Assembly: GCA_963782115.1 (NCBI GenBank)
Contig: CAWAIK010000003.1
Span: 480,001 to 544,000 of the forward strand
Direction: 5' to 3'
DNA from: an uncultured Verrucomicrobiae bacterium
GTDB lineage: Bacteria > Verrucomicrobiota > Verrucomicrobiia > Chthoniobacterales > JAFAMB01
Length of the DNA: 64,000 nucleotides
A program made the position numbers and the translations under genes. Shown piece after piece: positions 35,315 to 46,810 of this stretch. The notes beneath the pieces are model-generated. The model worked only from the letters and a program-made list of their open reading frames with translations, ran no database searches and was not told where the DNA came from. The stretch's first letter is position 1. Each line of letters begins with the position of its first letter.

Positions 35315-35500
35315 ATGATCACGCGACGGGTGCCCGCCGGATTGTCGTAAATCGCGCCGATCAGTTCCTTCTGAAATGGGGGCGAGCTTCAGTCGCTGCC
35401 CGACGAACTTGCCCTCGGGGACAAAACAGGTTTGCTCAATGAACGCGATGATATCAGCCGCGGTGACTCGGTCGGAGACGACCGGCTTGCGTGCGTGCCT
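35315..35500 (-). pseudogene. Phage terminase large-subunit N-terminal fragment
   Basis: IIAFIEQTCFVPEGKFVGQRLKLAP, then frameshifted FQKELIGAIYDNPAGTRRVIM. Confidence 0.6.
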
Positions 35501-35797
35501 AGGCACGAGCTCGGATCTCCCATGGACGCGAGTCCGGAGCTTGCTCCGAACGGGAGCCGGCCGCACGCGGCCGCAACTGGGTGAGCAGGTAAGCGATGTT
35601 TTTGGCGATGACGCCGTGCTGGCTGGCGAGCGTGGCGGCCTCCTCGCCAGCGTCCCTGTCTTGCGCTCGCAGCTGACGGAGGCGAGTTTCCTGGCGTTGC
35701 GATATTGCGCCCTGTGCCGTCTTTTGCTCCTTTGCTCCGCGTGCGCCGGGCTTGCGGGCGGCCTGACTGGTCGCCCCAAGCTTTGCCCGCGTCAGGT

Positions 35798-36571
35798 TTA
35801 CTGTCCGGCGGCTTTGAGGATCAACCGCGTGATTTCCTCAGGGTGCGAGATCAGCGAGAGATGGCTGGCCTTCACCTCGATGGTTTGGGCGCCCATTCGC
35901 TTGGCCATGAAGCGCTCGAGGTCCGGATTGATGGTGCGGTCTTCCGTAGAAACGGCGTAGTAGCTGGGCTTGGATCGCCATGCCGCGTGCGTGGTCTTGC
36001 CGGTGAGCAGAGCCTTGTGGAATGGCTCCTGCACGGCATAGAGCACTTTCGCCTTTGCTTCCGGCAGGTCGCCGGCAAAGTCGCGCAGGAAAGCCTCTTC
36101 GGAAAGGCGTCCTTGATCGCCGTCGAATACGATGCCGGCACTGGCCGGCGGCGTCGGATATGTCTTGGCCAGGGCCGTGTAATCCTCGCCCGCATCCGGC
36201 GCGCGCGCCGCCACATAGACCAGCGCCGAGACGTTCGGATGCACGCCGGCTTCGGTGACGATCATGCCGGAAAAGGAATGACCGACCAGAACTGTCGGGC
36301 CGTCCTGCCGCGCGAGCACGCTCTCGGCCGAAGCCACCGCCTCGGGCAGCGTGGTCAAGGGATTTTGCACGGAGGTGACGTTCAGTCCTGCCGCCTGCAA
36401 GCGCGGAATCACTTCTGACCAAGAGGAGCCGTCGGCGAACAGTCCGTGCACGAGCACGACGTTACGCGCCTTTTCCGCAGTTGCGTTTGCGGCCATGCCG
36501 CGTGTGGAGATCAATGAAGCTGCCGCACCGGCAAGCAGGGTCGTCGAGAAAACGCGTCTATTCATCATCAT
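35798..36571 (-). CDS. Alpha/beta hydrolase with Tat signal
   Basis: VLVHG, GHSFSG and ASH motifs; NRR leader. Confidence 0.9.
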   Translation of the reverse strand: MMMNRRVFSTTLLAGAAASLISTRGMAANATAEKARNVVLVHGLFADGSSWSEVIPRLQAAGLNVTSVQNPLTTLPEAVASAESVLARQDGPTVLVGHSFSGMIVTEAGVHPNVSALVYVAARAPDAGEDYTALAKTYPTPPASAGIVFDGDQGRLSEEAFLRDFAGDLPEAKAKVLYAVQEPFHKALLTGKTTHAAWRSKPSYYAVSTEDRTINPDLERFMAKRMGAQTIEVKASHLSLISHPEEITRLILKAAGQ

Positions 36572-36615
36572 GATTCTCTTCCTTCATCGTAAGGGTTGAG
36601 TTGGGAGTGTCTTCG

Positions 36616-37605
36616 CTACGCAGCGCGGGAGCCGCGCTGTGGTGCCGTCGTCCACTGCCAATCTGCCGGCAGCCAGCGGTAAGCGCTCCCCTCGCGCACG
36701 ACGTGCCCGAAACCAGGGAAGGGTAAATGGTAGCTACCGACCAGGGTCTTGTCGGCCGCTGCGCGGTCGAGGAAGGCCATGCGCGCCTTAGTTCCCATTG
36801 GCGCGTCTATGTCGAACCCGAACGGCCATTCCGGATGCAGGAAGCTAACCTCTGAGTCGAACACGACGTCGCTGGTGAGGAGCATTTCTTCGCTGCCGGA
36901 ACTGATGTGCACCGACATGTGGCCTGGCGTGTGACCGGCCGTGTCGAAAGTGGTGACGCCGGGCACCACTTCCGCTCCGGCCTTGATTTGGCGCAGGCGG
37001 GGGCTGGCCAATTTCAGATTCGTCTGGGTAACCACCGGCTGTTGCTTGGCGGACACTTTGCTGGGCAGTTCGGGATCGCTCCAGAAGGCGAACTCAGCCT
37101 CGCTCGCGACGAATTCGGCCGACGGGAACAGCAGCGACGCGTTCTTGCCATCGCTGATGCCCCACAGGTGGTCGAAATGGAAGTGAGTGAACAGGATCAT
37201 GTCGATATCGCCCGGCGCGTAGCCCGCGGCGGCGAGGTTGCCAAGCAACCTGCCGGTCGTATTCTGGAATTTGTCGACGCCGCAGCCTGCGTCGATCAAC
37301 ATCAGCTTGTCGCCAGTGTTGACGAGGGTGGTGTTGATTTGCACCACTTCCGGCCGAGACGTGTGGAACGTGGATGTGAGCAGGCCTCTTGCGTCCTCGG
37401 CCCGATCGCCCCACGGCGTTTCCGTCGGGAACGCGAGCGTGCCGTCGCTGACGACGGTGATCTCGATGGTGCCGAGTTTGAAGCGGTAGAAGCCAGGCTG
37501 CGCCCGCTTGCCCGCTTCGGGCGCATGGGCGAGGGCAGTGGGGGCGACTGCAGCTGCCGCACCGGCAAGCAGGGCCGTCGAGAAAACGCGTCTGTTCATC
37601 ATCAT
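36616..37605 (-). CDS. MBL-fold metallo-hydrolase with Tat signal
   Basis: THFHFDH, GHTPGH and YHLPFPG. Confidence 0.9.
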   Translation of the reverse strand: MMMNRRVFSTALLAGAAAAVAPTALAHAPEAGKRAQPGFYRFKLGTIEITVVSDGTLAFPTETPWGDRAEDARGLLTSTFHTSRPEVVQINTTLVNTGDKLMLIDAGCGVDKFQNTTGRLLGNLAAAGYAPGDIDMILFTHFHFDHLWGISDGKNASLLFPSAEFVASEAEFAFWSDPELPSKVSAKQQPVVTQTNLKLASPRLRQIKAGAEVVPGVTTFDTAGHTPGHMSVHISSGSEEMLLTSDVVFDSEVSFLHPEWPFGFDIDAPMGTKARMAFLDRAAADKTLVGSYHLPFPGFGHVVREGSAYRWLPADWQWTTAPQRGSRAA

Positions 37606-37718
37606 GATTCTCTTCCTTTCATAACTTCTCCTATTCAACGTGTTGGTTGGTGACCCGTCGAGCGAGCATCCTGAACCTTGCGTGTCTGCTTCTCGCCGCG
37701 GTCTCCATCGCCATCAAT

Positions 37719-39100
37719 CTAGTATTACTCTGTTAAGTAGAATCATCGATCTTCTCCGGGAATGTCGAATGGCAATAGGGACAGTGTCCGGTCGATCTCA
37801 GTAGCCACGGCCGGATCGCTTCCAGGATCTTCTCCAACGTCAGACCAGAAGTTTTTTTTTGCCGCAAGGTAGGTTGTCAAGATGAATAGGTAGGCGATGG
37901 CGCTCATCACAAGATGGTGATGAAAGCCCCGCCAAGAGCGGCCCTCGTAATGATCTAATCCCAGGTCATCTTTGGATCGTTGGAAATATTGTTCACGTGC
38001 CATCGGGAACGGCTAAGTTTTAAGCAAAGCGCTTTGGAAGGCTCGCGATGGAAGTGCGCCAGGTAACAATGGTAAGGCTCTTTGGCTCCCTTGGGCCAAT
38101 CGACCACCAACCAAAGCTTCTCCAGCTGGCCCTGTGGTTCCTTAAGTCCGCGCGCAAGGAAAACCTCTTGCCAAGCTATACGGGTGTGTTGTCTTGCTCC
38201 CGTAGCGGTTTTCCACCAACAATGCCTCCATGCCTCTGCCGGTAGAGAAGCCGCAATCTCAAGAAGGTTGCGTGCGTTCTGGGAGGTCTCTTGGTCCACG
38301 ATGCGGTATTTGCCTTTGAGGGTCGTGGGCACCTCTTGGATCCAGGCTTTGTGTTCCTCGGGAGTCACCTGCAAGAAAAACTCCAAGTTGAGTTCGCGCA
38401 GGTGTGCGCGGAACGCAAAGCCGTTGCCATAGGCCGCGTCACCCAGCACTGGAGCAGGGACGACTTGATCGGCAAGCGCCTGTTCGATCAAAGTTAGGGC
38501 GATTTCATTTTTGGTGGCAAATCCCACATCGGGAGGCACCCCGGCCTTAGCGCAGCGTTGGGGATCATCAATCCAGCTTTGCGGCAAGTATAGTCGACCG
38601 CCCACCGGCGCTGCCACGAAACCGTCACTGACTACCAGTTCAACGCTTACCTGACAATTGGCCTGCTTACCGACAGCCCCGCAATATTGATGAGCGACTC
38701 CTACCGAATTCTTGCCCTGTTTGAGCCAGCCGGTTTCGTCGACAATCCAGGCCTCAATGGGTTCGAAGTGCGGCACCACTTCTCGGCGAATTACTCGCCA
38801 CAGTTCGGTCTCGTCCCAAGGACTATCGGCCATAAATTGCTGGAGCCGTTGCGCCTCGATACCCAGTCTTGCCGCCATCGGTTCGATTGACTTACGTTGA
38901 CCAGGCATAAGCAGGCCCTGCACGTAATTGGTGGCAGCCGTGCGTCGTTCGCTGCGCCCCAGCGGCGCGGCTAGCGGGATCATAAAGGCTTTGAAGCGCT
39001 CAATACTTTGCCGCCACAGCCTGGCATTCCACTCCATGCCCCGCAATATTGCGAAAACCGCAGCCAGTTGGCAAGAAAATACTTAACACAGTAATACTAG
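37719..39100 (-). mobile_element. IS701-family element; transposase frameshifted near 37995
   Basis: Terminal CTAGTATTACT(C/G)TGTTAAGT inverted repeats with CTAG at both ends; VDETG, QYCG..GK..NCQ and LGLDHYEGRSW. Confidence 0.92.
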
Positions 39101-39163
39101 GCGCGGCCGGGTCATTCGAAAAATGAATTGATTGACTACACTTTATTCTGCTATGGAATTCGC

Positions 39164-40045
39164 ATGGAGCTTCGGACGCTGCGCGTTTTCGTCGAGGTCG
39201 TGCGGCAGGGCGGCTTCTCGCGGGCCGCCAAAACCGTGTTCGCGACACAGTCGACGGTCAGCAAGGCGGTCAAGCAACTCGAGGACGAGATTGGGGTGCC
39301 GCTGCTCGATCGCATCGGCCATCGCAGCAAGCTCACAGCCGCGGGCGAGATCGTCTACCAGCGGGCCCAGCGCATCCTCGCGGAGCGGGACGATCTCATG
39401 AGCGAGCTGGATGAAGTCCGAGGATTGAAGCGCGGCTTGCTTCGACTTGGCCTCCCTCCGATGGTGAGCAGTACGTTGTTCGCGCCGCTGTTGGCAATAT
39501 ATCGGAAGCGCTACCCTGGCGTTGAGATTCGACTCGTTGAAAATGGTATCGACCGCTTGGAGGAAATTCTGGCCGCCGGTGATATTGATTTTGCTGCTTC
39601 AATCATCCCCGTCGCAGAAGGACTCGAATGGCAAAGCGTAAAGCTCGATCCCTTGATGGTGCTGGTTCCACGGGAATTCGCTGCAAGGAAGAAGTCTATC
39701 GATCTGACCGACTTAAAGCAGATGCCCTTCATCCTGTTCGAATCCGGCTTCGCGATAAGTCGTATAGTAGTTGACGCATGTAGACGAGCTGGCTTTGAGC
39801 CGACGGTCGCTACACGCAGCAGCCAGCTCGATCTCATCTTGGAGCTCGTCGCTGCCGGCGTCGGAATCGCTTTTCTCCCCAAGATGGTCGCCGAGCAGTG
39901 GCGTCACCCCGGCTCGCGTAGCCTGCTAATTGTTAATCCGAAAATCGAGCGGCACATCGCGATGACTTGGCGCCGAGGAGCCTTGCTTTCTCATGCAGCA
40001 AAGGTCTGGCTCACGCTCGTGCGCGAAAAGCACAGTGGCGCCTGA
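39164..40045 (+). CDS. LysR-family regulator
   Basis: GFSRAA..TQSTVSKAVKQLE HTH. Confidence 0.92.
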   Translation: MELRTLRVFVEVVRQGGFSRAAKTVFATQSTVSKAVKQLEDEIGVPLLDRIGHRSKLTAAGEIVYQRAQRILAERDDLMSELDEVRGLKRGLLRLGLPPMVSSTLFAPLLAIYRKRYPGVEIRLVENGIDRLEEILAAGDIDFAASIIPVAEGLEWQSVKLDPLMVLVPREFAARKKSIDLTDLKQMPFILFESGFAISRIVVDACRRAGFEPTVATRSSQLDLILELVAAGVGIAFLPKMVAEQWRHPGSRSLLIVNPKIERHIAMTWRRGALLSHAAKVWLTLVREKHSGA

Positions 40046-40491
40046 AGGCACTAGCGAAACAGGTCGGCGGGACGTCGGCATTTTTCAACACCTCATTGCG
40101 TTTGCAGCCCGGCGCTAAGCTCCCAACCAGAAACCGCCCCTGGCTGCTCGAACCTCTAATTCAACGATACCGCAGCGCGCTCTTTCATAGTTAGCATTTT
40201 AGGGTCGAGAATGCGGCGCCATCACAGTCGCCCTGCATGCGATCGCATCTCGGATTGCTGCCGAGCCAGCCACTCAATCCGAAGTTAAGAAGTCGGTCTC
40301 AATAACTCGCCGATGTGAATTGTTGTGAGCCTCGAGCCCCGCCGCCTGCAATCGCGCGATCACTTCGGACTAGCACGCGCCGAAGAGCACGAGCACGACG
40401 TTGTTGGGGTGCTCACACGAAAGCGGAAAAAACTGAGCACATTCGAAAGTTCGGGTCTGCGTCGATAAAACGTCACAACGCTTATGTAGTG

Positions 40492-41334
40492 TCACTTTGA
40501 TCGGAAAAATTCATCGAGCGTACCTCGTTCCTGCCCCTTATTCTCTATATCGGTAGCAAGCCGATCGTAGAGTTGAGCGGCTCCCTCAAATATCATGGCC
40601 GCCGCCTTATCCTCATTCAAAAAGGTGGCAATCTCCCGCATTTCCGCAACCCACCGGTAAGCTTTCGGATACATGTCGGGTATCCCTATCTCAAATCTAG
40701 AGAGCAACTGCGGCAAACTCTCGCCCAGCTCACGATATAATTCTCTCGAAGCACCTGACCGGGAGGCGGCCAGCAGCATCGCGGCAGCAATTGCCGTAAG
40801 GCCTTTGCTGATACCCGCGTACGACATCTTCAGAGCAGCAGCGGCTCCGATCGGACCATCGATTTGTCTCAGATCAAGGCCCAGCGTACGAAGTACGGAT
40901 GCGCGGCCGCTCTTCTCGCCACTGACGTAAAACCTTGGGCCTTTCTCGCCCGGCTGTGCCGGAGAGCCTATAATAGCCCCGTCGATCACATCGCACCCCG
41001 TTTGTGCAAGCGTAACAGCGACCTGTGTCTTGGTTTCCGGACTCAGGGCATTGCAATCGATAAAAACTGGCTTGTGGCGGCTTTCCCTAAGGAGCGTCAC
41101 AAATCCCTTTGCCAGAGCGACAGCCTCGCCAGGCGGTACGATTGAAAGGATGATATCTGCGGTGGTAATCGTTTCTGGAGAGACGTCTTCCATCCCCGCT
41201 GCGCGGGCCCTTTCGACTGTGGCTGCACTACGACCATCGAGTGATGTCAGCACGCGCGCGCCATGCTCTGCGAGGCGCGCTGATATAGCACTCCCCATGG
41301 CACCCGGAGAATGGATAGCAATAACGAGGTTCAT
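40492..41334 (-). CDS. NAD(P)-dependent oxidoreductase (6PGD-like, DUF1932 C-terminus)
   Basis: PGAMGSA, AALKMSYAGISKG and KAYRWVAEMREIA. Confidence 0.85.
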   Translation of the reverse strand: MNLVIAIHSPGAMGSAISARLAEHGARVLTSLDGRSAATVERARAAGMEDVSPETITTADIILSIVPPGEAVALAKGFVTLLRESRHKPVFIDCNALSPETKTQVAVTLAQTGCDVIDGAIIGSPAQPGEKGPRFYVSGEKSGRASVLRTLGLDLRQIDGPIGAAAALKMSYAGISKGLTAIAAAMLLAASRSGASRELYRELGESLPQLLSRFEIGIPDMYPKAYRWVAEMREIATFLNEDKAAAMIFEGAAQLYDRLATDIENKGQERGTLDEFFRSK

Positions 41335-42023
41335 GCAGGAACAATCATAGAACATTTGGTATCATCAAATAAAACAACCTCTTTTTAGCGTCGACGGGCG
41401 ACCGAAGTTGCCTTCCCAATGCATCCCCTTTCTGTGGCGCCAGCCACTGAGCGAACAATGTATCTTGGCCGGTCAACCCGGCAGACTCCTTCGATGCATA
41501 ACATCAGCCAACGGGTTCTAATCTAAAATAGAGGACGGCATCGAGGGCCGGTTGTAGATCTCCTCTCCCTAAAGCTCCGACTTGGTGGCGACGGGACTCC
41601 ATTATTTACGACTGTGCAGAGGAGGAGACGTCGCCGAAAATCCGCGTTGGGACTCTTAAGCTGCTTTCCTTTCCGACTGATTTGGCGGACGGTGGCGCAT
41701 ATGTCGAAGGTCTTTAAAGTATCTAGAAACTTCACAATACGTGGAGCAAAATTGATCCATGCTGATTTCGCGGAGCAGGCTATTGCCATCGCCACAGCAG
41801 AGGATCATCCGGAGTTTTTCGAGGGACGCTTGGGATCCAACATCGGTCACGATGTATGGACGCACGTTGGAAGAGTTTCTTCTGATAATGAAGATTTTAG
41901 GGCTGAGGAGGTTTCGTAATAATCTCCAATAGTCCGTATTTCCCCGCGATAATTTGCATTCGGAGAGCCGGGCAAAATCCTTTGGCTCCCTAATGTTCAC
42001 TTAAACGCTCTGGGAAAAGAACT

Positions 42024-42399
42024 GGGGATCAGCCGTTCGCCTATGACTTAAACGTGATTACAGGGGAGGTCGTGACACCCTGCTCTGTAATCACGCTAAA
42101 GTCATAAGGCAACGGCTGACCCGAATGGCGCGAAGATAAGGGCGATTTGGGATGGTTCTTCACCCCGAAGGGGTCGAGAGGACTCAGCCCGGGGTTTCAA
42201 CCCGGATCTTTGTACACAAATCGGAGAAACGGAGGATACCTGGAAAGCATCGCTTGATGGTGCGAACAATACAGGCTGGAAGCCTATACTACATTGCTTT
42301 CCGGAGTGTCGAGCGATCTCTGGAGGACATCCTGGCGCAATCTCCGCGAACCCACGGCAACCACGCGACGGCGTAAAGTAGCACAGGCTTCCAGCCTGT
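42024..42399. repeat. Cluster of REP/MITE-like palindromes
   Basis: Hairpin of about 100 bp at 42024-42123; inverted pair ACAGGCTGGAAGCCTATACTAC / GTAGCACAGGCTTCCAGCCTGT. Confidence 0.7.
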
Positions 42400-42599
42400 A
42401 TTTTGTTCGCACCGGCGAGCGATGCTTTTCCAGCGATAGTGGCGCTGGGCGACCGCTTCCCGCCGACAAAATTGTGTATAATGATCAGGGTGGAAACCCT
42501 GAAATCTATCGCCACTTCGAGGCAAGAAACCATCCCAAACCCTGCTTAACTTCGCGCCATTCACGGCTGACCCCACGGCTGACCCCCTAATTTGGTTTC

Positions 42600-43515
42600 C
42601 GGCTAGATCCAATCGCCTCGATGATGAAATCCAAAAAGGCGCGGACTTTGGCCGGCGGAAGATTCTTAGATTAGAAGGGTGCAGTGCATAGAGCGGGAAT
42701 AATTCATCCGTCCAATCGGGAAAAAGATTCACCAGAATCCCGCTCGCCAACATCGATTCGGCTCCCAGCTCGAATACTTGAGCGACACCGCATCCGGCGG
42801 CGCAAAGTCCAAGCTGGGTCGCAGCATCGTTCAACACCAAACGGCCGTTGACCGGGACCGTGATTATTTTTTTTCCGCGATGAAATTCCCATGGAAATGG
42901 ACGACCGGTCGACGGATCGCGAAAAAGAATGCATTCGTGACGGCCGTTCGCCAGTTCGATCGCCTGATTCGGGCGTCCGCACTCTTTTAAATAGGATGGA
43001 GAAGCACAGGTCAGGACCCGAACCTGTAAAATCCGCCTTCCGATCAGCGTTGAAGGCTCCGGTTCACCAAAACGCACGGCGAAATCAAATCCTTCAGCCA
43101 CTGGATCACCGAGCCGATCCCGCACCGCAATTTCTAGTGACAGCCCGGGATGCGTCTTCAGAAAACGACCGAGATGAGGAGCCAGAATTAATCGAGCAAA
43201 AGTTGGGTCAACATTAACACGCAATCGGCCGCGAACCGTCGTCGCAGATTGTCCGGCATCGATAGCGGCAGCTTCCAGGCCCGCCAGTAACGGAGCGACT
43301 TCCTGATAAAATTGTTTTCCTTCGTTCGTTAAAGTCACCGCTTTGGGTGTCCGGTCGAGCAACCGCACCCCCAGTTGTTGTTCGAGGCGTAGCATAGCGC
43401 GACTCACTCCGGATTGGGTCAATCCAAGCGCTTCCCCAGCCCGAACAAAATTGCCGGCTTCCACGATCGCCGCCAGCACGTTGAGACCATTTAGAAGGCG
43501 GGTATCAAAACTCAT
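42600..43515 (-). pseudogene. LysR (CrgA-like) regulator with C-terminal frameshift
   Basis: NFVRAGEALGLTQSGVSR HTH; frame lost after ALHPS. Confidence 0.8.
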
Positions 43516-43592
43516 GACAATGATTATAAATCATTCTCAATATGAGAAACATGCAATTTTGAAATGATCAATCGAACTTAGATTCAGGCTGT

Positions 43593-44471
43593 ATGAAAAG
43601 CAGAAATCTCTATGCCATTACGGGAATCAACGGCAAGATCGGTGGTGTTCTGGCGCGCACTCTTCTTGCCGCCGATCAACCGGTCCGTGCTGTGGTGCGC
43701 GACGCTGACAAAGGGGGCGTCTGGGCGGCTCAGGGGTGTGAGGTAGCTCTGGCAGAAATGCATGACGACGTCGCATTAACCGCAGCCTTCGAGGGAGCTG
43801 AAGCTGCTTTTGTGTTGCCGCCACCGAATTTCGATCCGGCGCCCGGCTTCCCGGAAGCGCGCGACTTTGCCATTGTGACACGGAATGCTCTGGTCTCCTC
43901 GAATATTTCAAAAGTGGTCTACCTGTCGACGATCGGCGCCCCGGCAACCAAGGAAAACCTGCTTACTCAGCACACCATCTCTGAAGCAATATTTCGTACC
44001 CTGCCGATCCCGGTTACCTTTTTCAGACCGGCTTGGTTCATGGAGAATTCAAGCTGGGATGTCGCTCCAGCTCGCGACAACGGGGTGATTCCGAGCTTTC
44101 TCCAACCGCTCGATAAACCGGTGCCGATGGTTGCTACAATCGATATAGGATATATGGCGGCTCGGTTGCTTCGGGAAACGTGGACCGGACACCGAATCGT
44201 TGAGCTGCAAGGACCAAATCGGGTGACACCGCACGAGATCGCAACCACTTTCTCAAAGGTTCTTGACCGCCCCGTTCGAGCGGAAGAGGTGCCCCATGAA
44301 ACCTGGAAAAGCTTGTTCGAATCTCAGGGCATGAAAAATCCGGGGCCACGGATTCGAATGCTGGACGGATTCAACGAAGGTTGGATCGAATTTGAAGGCG
44401 CTTCTATCAAGGGCTCGACCGAAATCGAGACCGTCTTAAGAAAACTCGTCGAACAGCAAAGCAACTTATGA
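43593..44471 (+). CDS. NmrA-family NAD(P)-binding protein
   Basis: ITGINGKIG; paralogous to 31160-32035. Confidence 0.87.
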   Translation: MKSRNLYAITGINGKIGGVLARTLLAADQPVRAVVRDADKGGVWAAQGCEVALAEMHDDVALTAAFEGAEAAFVLPPPNFDPAPGFPEARDFAIVTRNALVSSNISKVVYLSTIGAPATKENLLTQHTISEAIFRTLPIPVTFFRPAWFMENSSWDVAPARDNGVIPSFLQPLDKPVPMVATIDIGYMAARLLRETWTGHRIVELQGPNRVTPHEIATTFSKVLDRPVRAEEVPHETWKSLFESQGMKNPGPRIRMLDGFNEGWIEFEGASIKGSTEIETVLRKLVEQQSNL

Positions 44472-44497
44472 ATTATCGGCATCCTTCCAACATCATC

Positions 44498-45271
44498 ATG
44501 AGCACGCAAAATATCACTTCAACCAACACCCATAAACTCAGCGGCAAGACCGCTATCGTCACCGGAGCCTCCAAAGGTATTGGAGCTTCGATTGCCAAAC
44601 ATCTAGCCGCCGCAGGTGCGGCGGTCGTCGTCAATTACTCCTCCAGCAAAGAAGGCGCGGACAAGGTCGTAGCCGACATAGCGGCTGCCGGCGGCAAAGC
44701 AATTGCCGTGCAGGCGAACGTCGCCAATAAGGCGGAAATCGAGCGACTCTTTGCGGAATCAAAGGAGGCGTTTGGTCAACTCGACATTCTGGTAAACAAC
44801 GCCGGAATCTATGGAATCGCACCCCTCGGCCAGATCACGGACGAACATTTCCACCGTTTGTTTGATCTTAACGTGCTGGGTCTTATTCTTACCACCCAGG
44901 AAGCGCTCAATCATTTCGGACCTGAGGGTGGCAGCATTATCAACATCAGCTCGATTGTCAGCGCTTCATCGCCTGCCGATCAATCAGTTTACAATGCAAC
45001 CAAATCGGCCGTGGACGGGCTGACTCGGACCTTTGCGAAGGAACTTGGCCAGCGAAAAATTCGCGTCAATTCAATCAATCCCGGCCCGATTGAAACCGAG
45101 GGCACACATTCCACGGGATTCATCGATCGCTTCCAAACGCTCATCCCGACTATTCCGCTCGGCAGAATTGGTCAACCGCAGGATATCGCACCGGGCGTGG
45201 TCTTCCTCGCCTCATCTGAGTCGGAATGGATGACTGGTGAAACGCTCTACGTCACGGGCGGGCTCCGTTAA
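44498..45271 (+). CDS. SDR oxidoreductase
   Basis: TGASKGIG, NNAG and YNATK. Confidence 0.93.
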   Translation: MSTQNITSTNTHKLSGKTAIVTGASKGIGASIAKHLAAAGAAVVVNYSSSKEGADKVVADIAAAGGKAIAVQANVANKAEIERLFAESKEAFGQLDILVNNAGIYGIAPLGQITDEHFHRLFDLNVLGLILTTQEALNHFGPEGGSIINISSIVSASSPADQSVYNATKSAVDGLTRTFAKELGQRKIRVNSINPGPIETEGTHSTGFIDRFQTLIPTIPLGRIGQPQDIAPGVVFLASSESEWMTGETLYVTGGLR

Positions 45272-45775
45272 TTTCACACCCTAATCGTCAAAAACTTCTA
45301 ATGCATGATACTCTTCGCTACTCATAACTTTGCTCGTCGCTAGCGTTGGACAAGTGCGCTCCACCAACGTGTGAGTTTCTCTTCTCCTCTCACTTCAACG
45401 CGCGTACCTTTCGGCGCCGAGGAAATGGAGGATTTGTCACGATGGGGGTCAGCCGTTACGGCTGACCCCTCCCGATTGGACACTAGTGCTGATCAATGCG
45501 ACCATGAACGCGCTAAAAGCAGCAGCATCGCCGACATCTGACCGGTCATCGGCCAACAATTCGGACCAAATCAGCGGCTTGGCTTCCGCAGGTTCCCGTG
45601 ATTTCTAAATCAACGCCGATTGGCAAACGAAGCGCTTGTTGCTCGACCTAACTTCTCTAAGGCGAGAGATCTGAAATTGTCTACGACGGGTGTTCGCTTT
45701 CCCTTCTGGACAGCAATACCAATTTCAGACATTGGTATCTTGTCCGCAATCTCACAGGCGACTACCGGAGCAACG

Positions 45776-46528
45776 CTAACTTTGACTGCCGATGCGGGCA
45801 GAACGGCGACACCCCATGCCCGAATCGACGAGTGAGATCAGCATGGGCATCTCTCCTGCAGTCTGGCGAACGTTGGGAATAATACCGGCATCGCGAAGCA
45901 TCCCGAAGATTAGATCATGAAATCCAGGGGCATAGGTGCGCTCATACATCACGAAGTCTTGGCCCGACGCTTCGCGCAGGCGTACCCTTTTTCTCTTTGC
46001 CAGTTTATGGGACGAGGGCAGGACGAGCACAAACGGTTCGCGATGCACCGGGACTACCTCGAGTCTGGAGTGCTCACCGATCGGAAGGCGCAAAAATCCA
46101 ATATCGAGAGATCCGGTCTCCAGCATCTGTATTTGATCTATTGTGAGAATATTGCGAAGGGAGAATTCTACTTCTGCATTCAGCTCCCGAAACTGACGAA
46201 TGATTGCGGGCACAATCTCATTGCCAGCTGTCGATATGAATCCGATCCGCAAAATCCCCAGCTTCCCGTTAGCCGCCAGCTTTGCCTTATGAACAGCTTG
46301 GTCGAGTCGTAAGAGGGCTCCGGTTGCATCCTCGCGAAATGCGACCCCAGCCGCGGCGAGTGCCGTTTTGCGCCGGTTGCGCTCGAAGAGTCTCACTCCA
46401 ATCTCATCCTCAAGAGCTCGTATTTGAAGACTTAGCGCAGGTTGACTGAGATGAATCATCTCCGCTGTGCGACCGAAGTGCAGAGTCTCTGCAATCGAGA
46501 GAAATGACCGAATTTGACGTAGCTCCAT
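45776..46528 (-). pseudogene. LysR regulator, C-terminally truncated
   Basis: HFGRTAE..SQPALSLQI; ends shortly after DSGMG. Confidence 0.8.
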
Positions 46529-46810
46529 GACTTTAGTGTATTTGGATCTTTTATCACAGGATACAAAACAATCAATTTCACTTATTCACAGCAAGGCATG
46601 TATTCGAGAAACATGAACAATCGAATTTCTATCCCTACGAACACCTATCTGCGATTACTCTTCATGGTCCCGGCTATCGCCGATGCCCGTTCAGGCCAAA
46701 GGGATTTGAGCAAGCGCCTCCACTCCCCAAGGCGCTCAAAAAAACCGGAGCGCTACCCTCGTGGTACGGCAGCGGTTCGCGGCGGAGTGGCATTCTAACT
46801 TAGGAACCTT

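Noticed and set aside
37955..38003. Programmed frameshift in the IS701 transposase
   Set aside because: There is no slippery run at the shift point, which looks like a 1-bp deletion in HVE.
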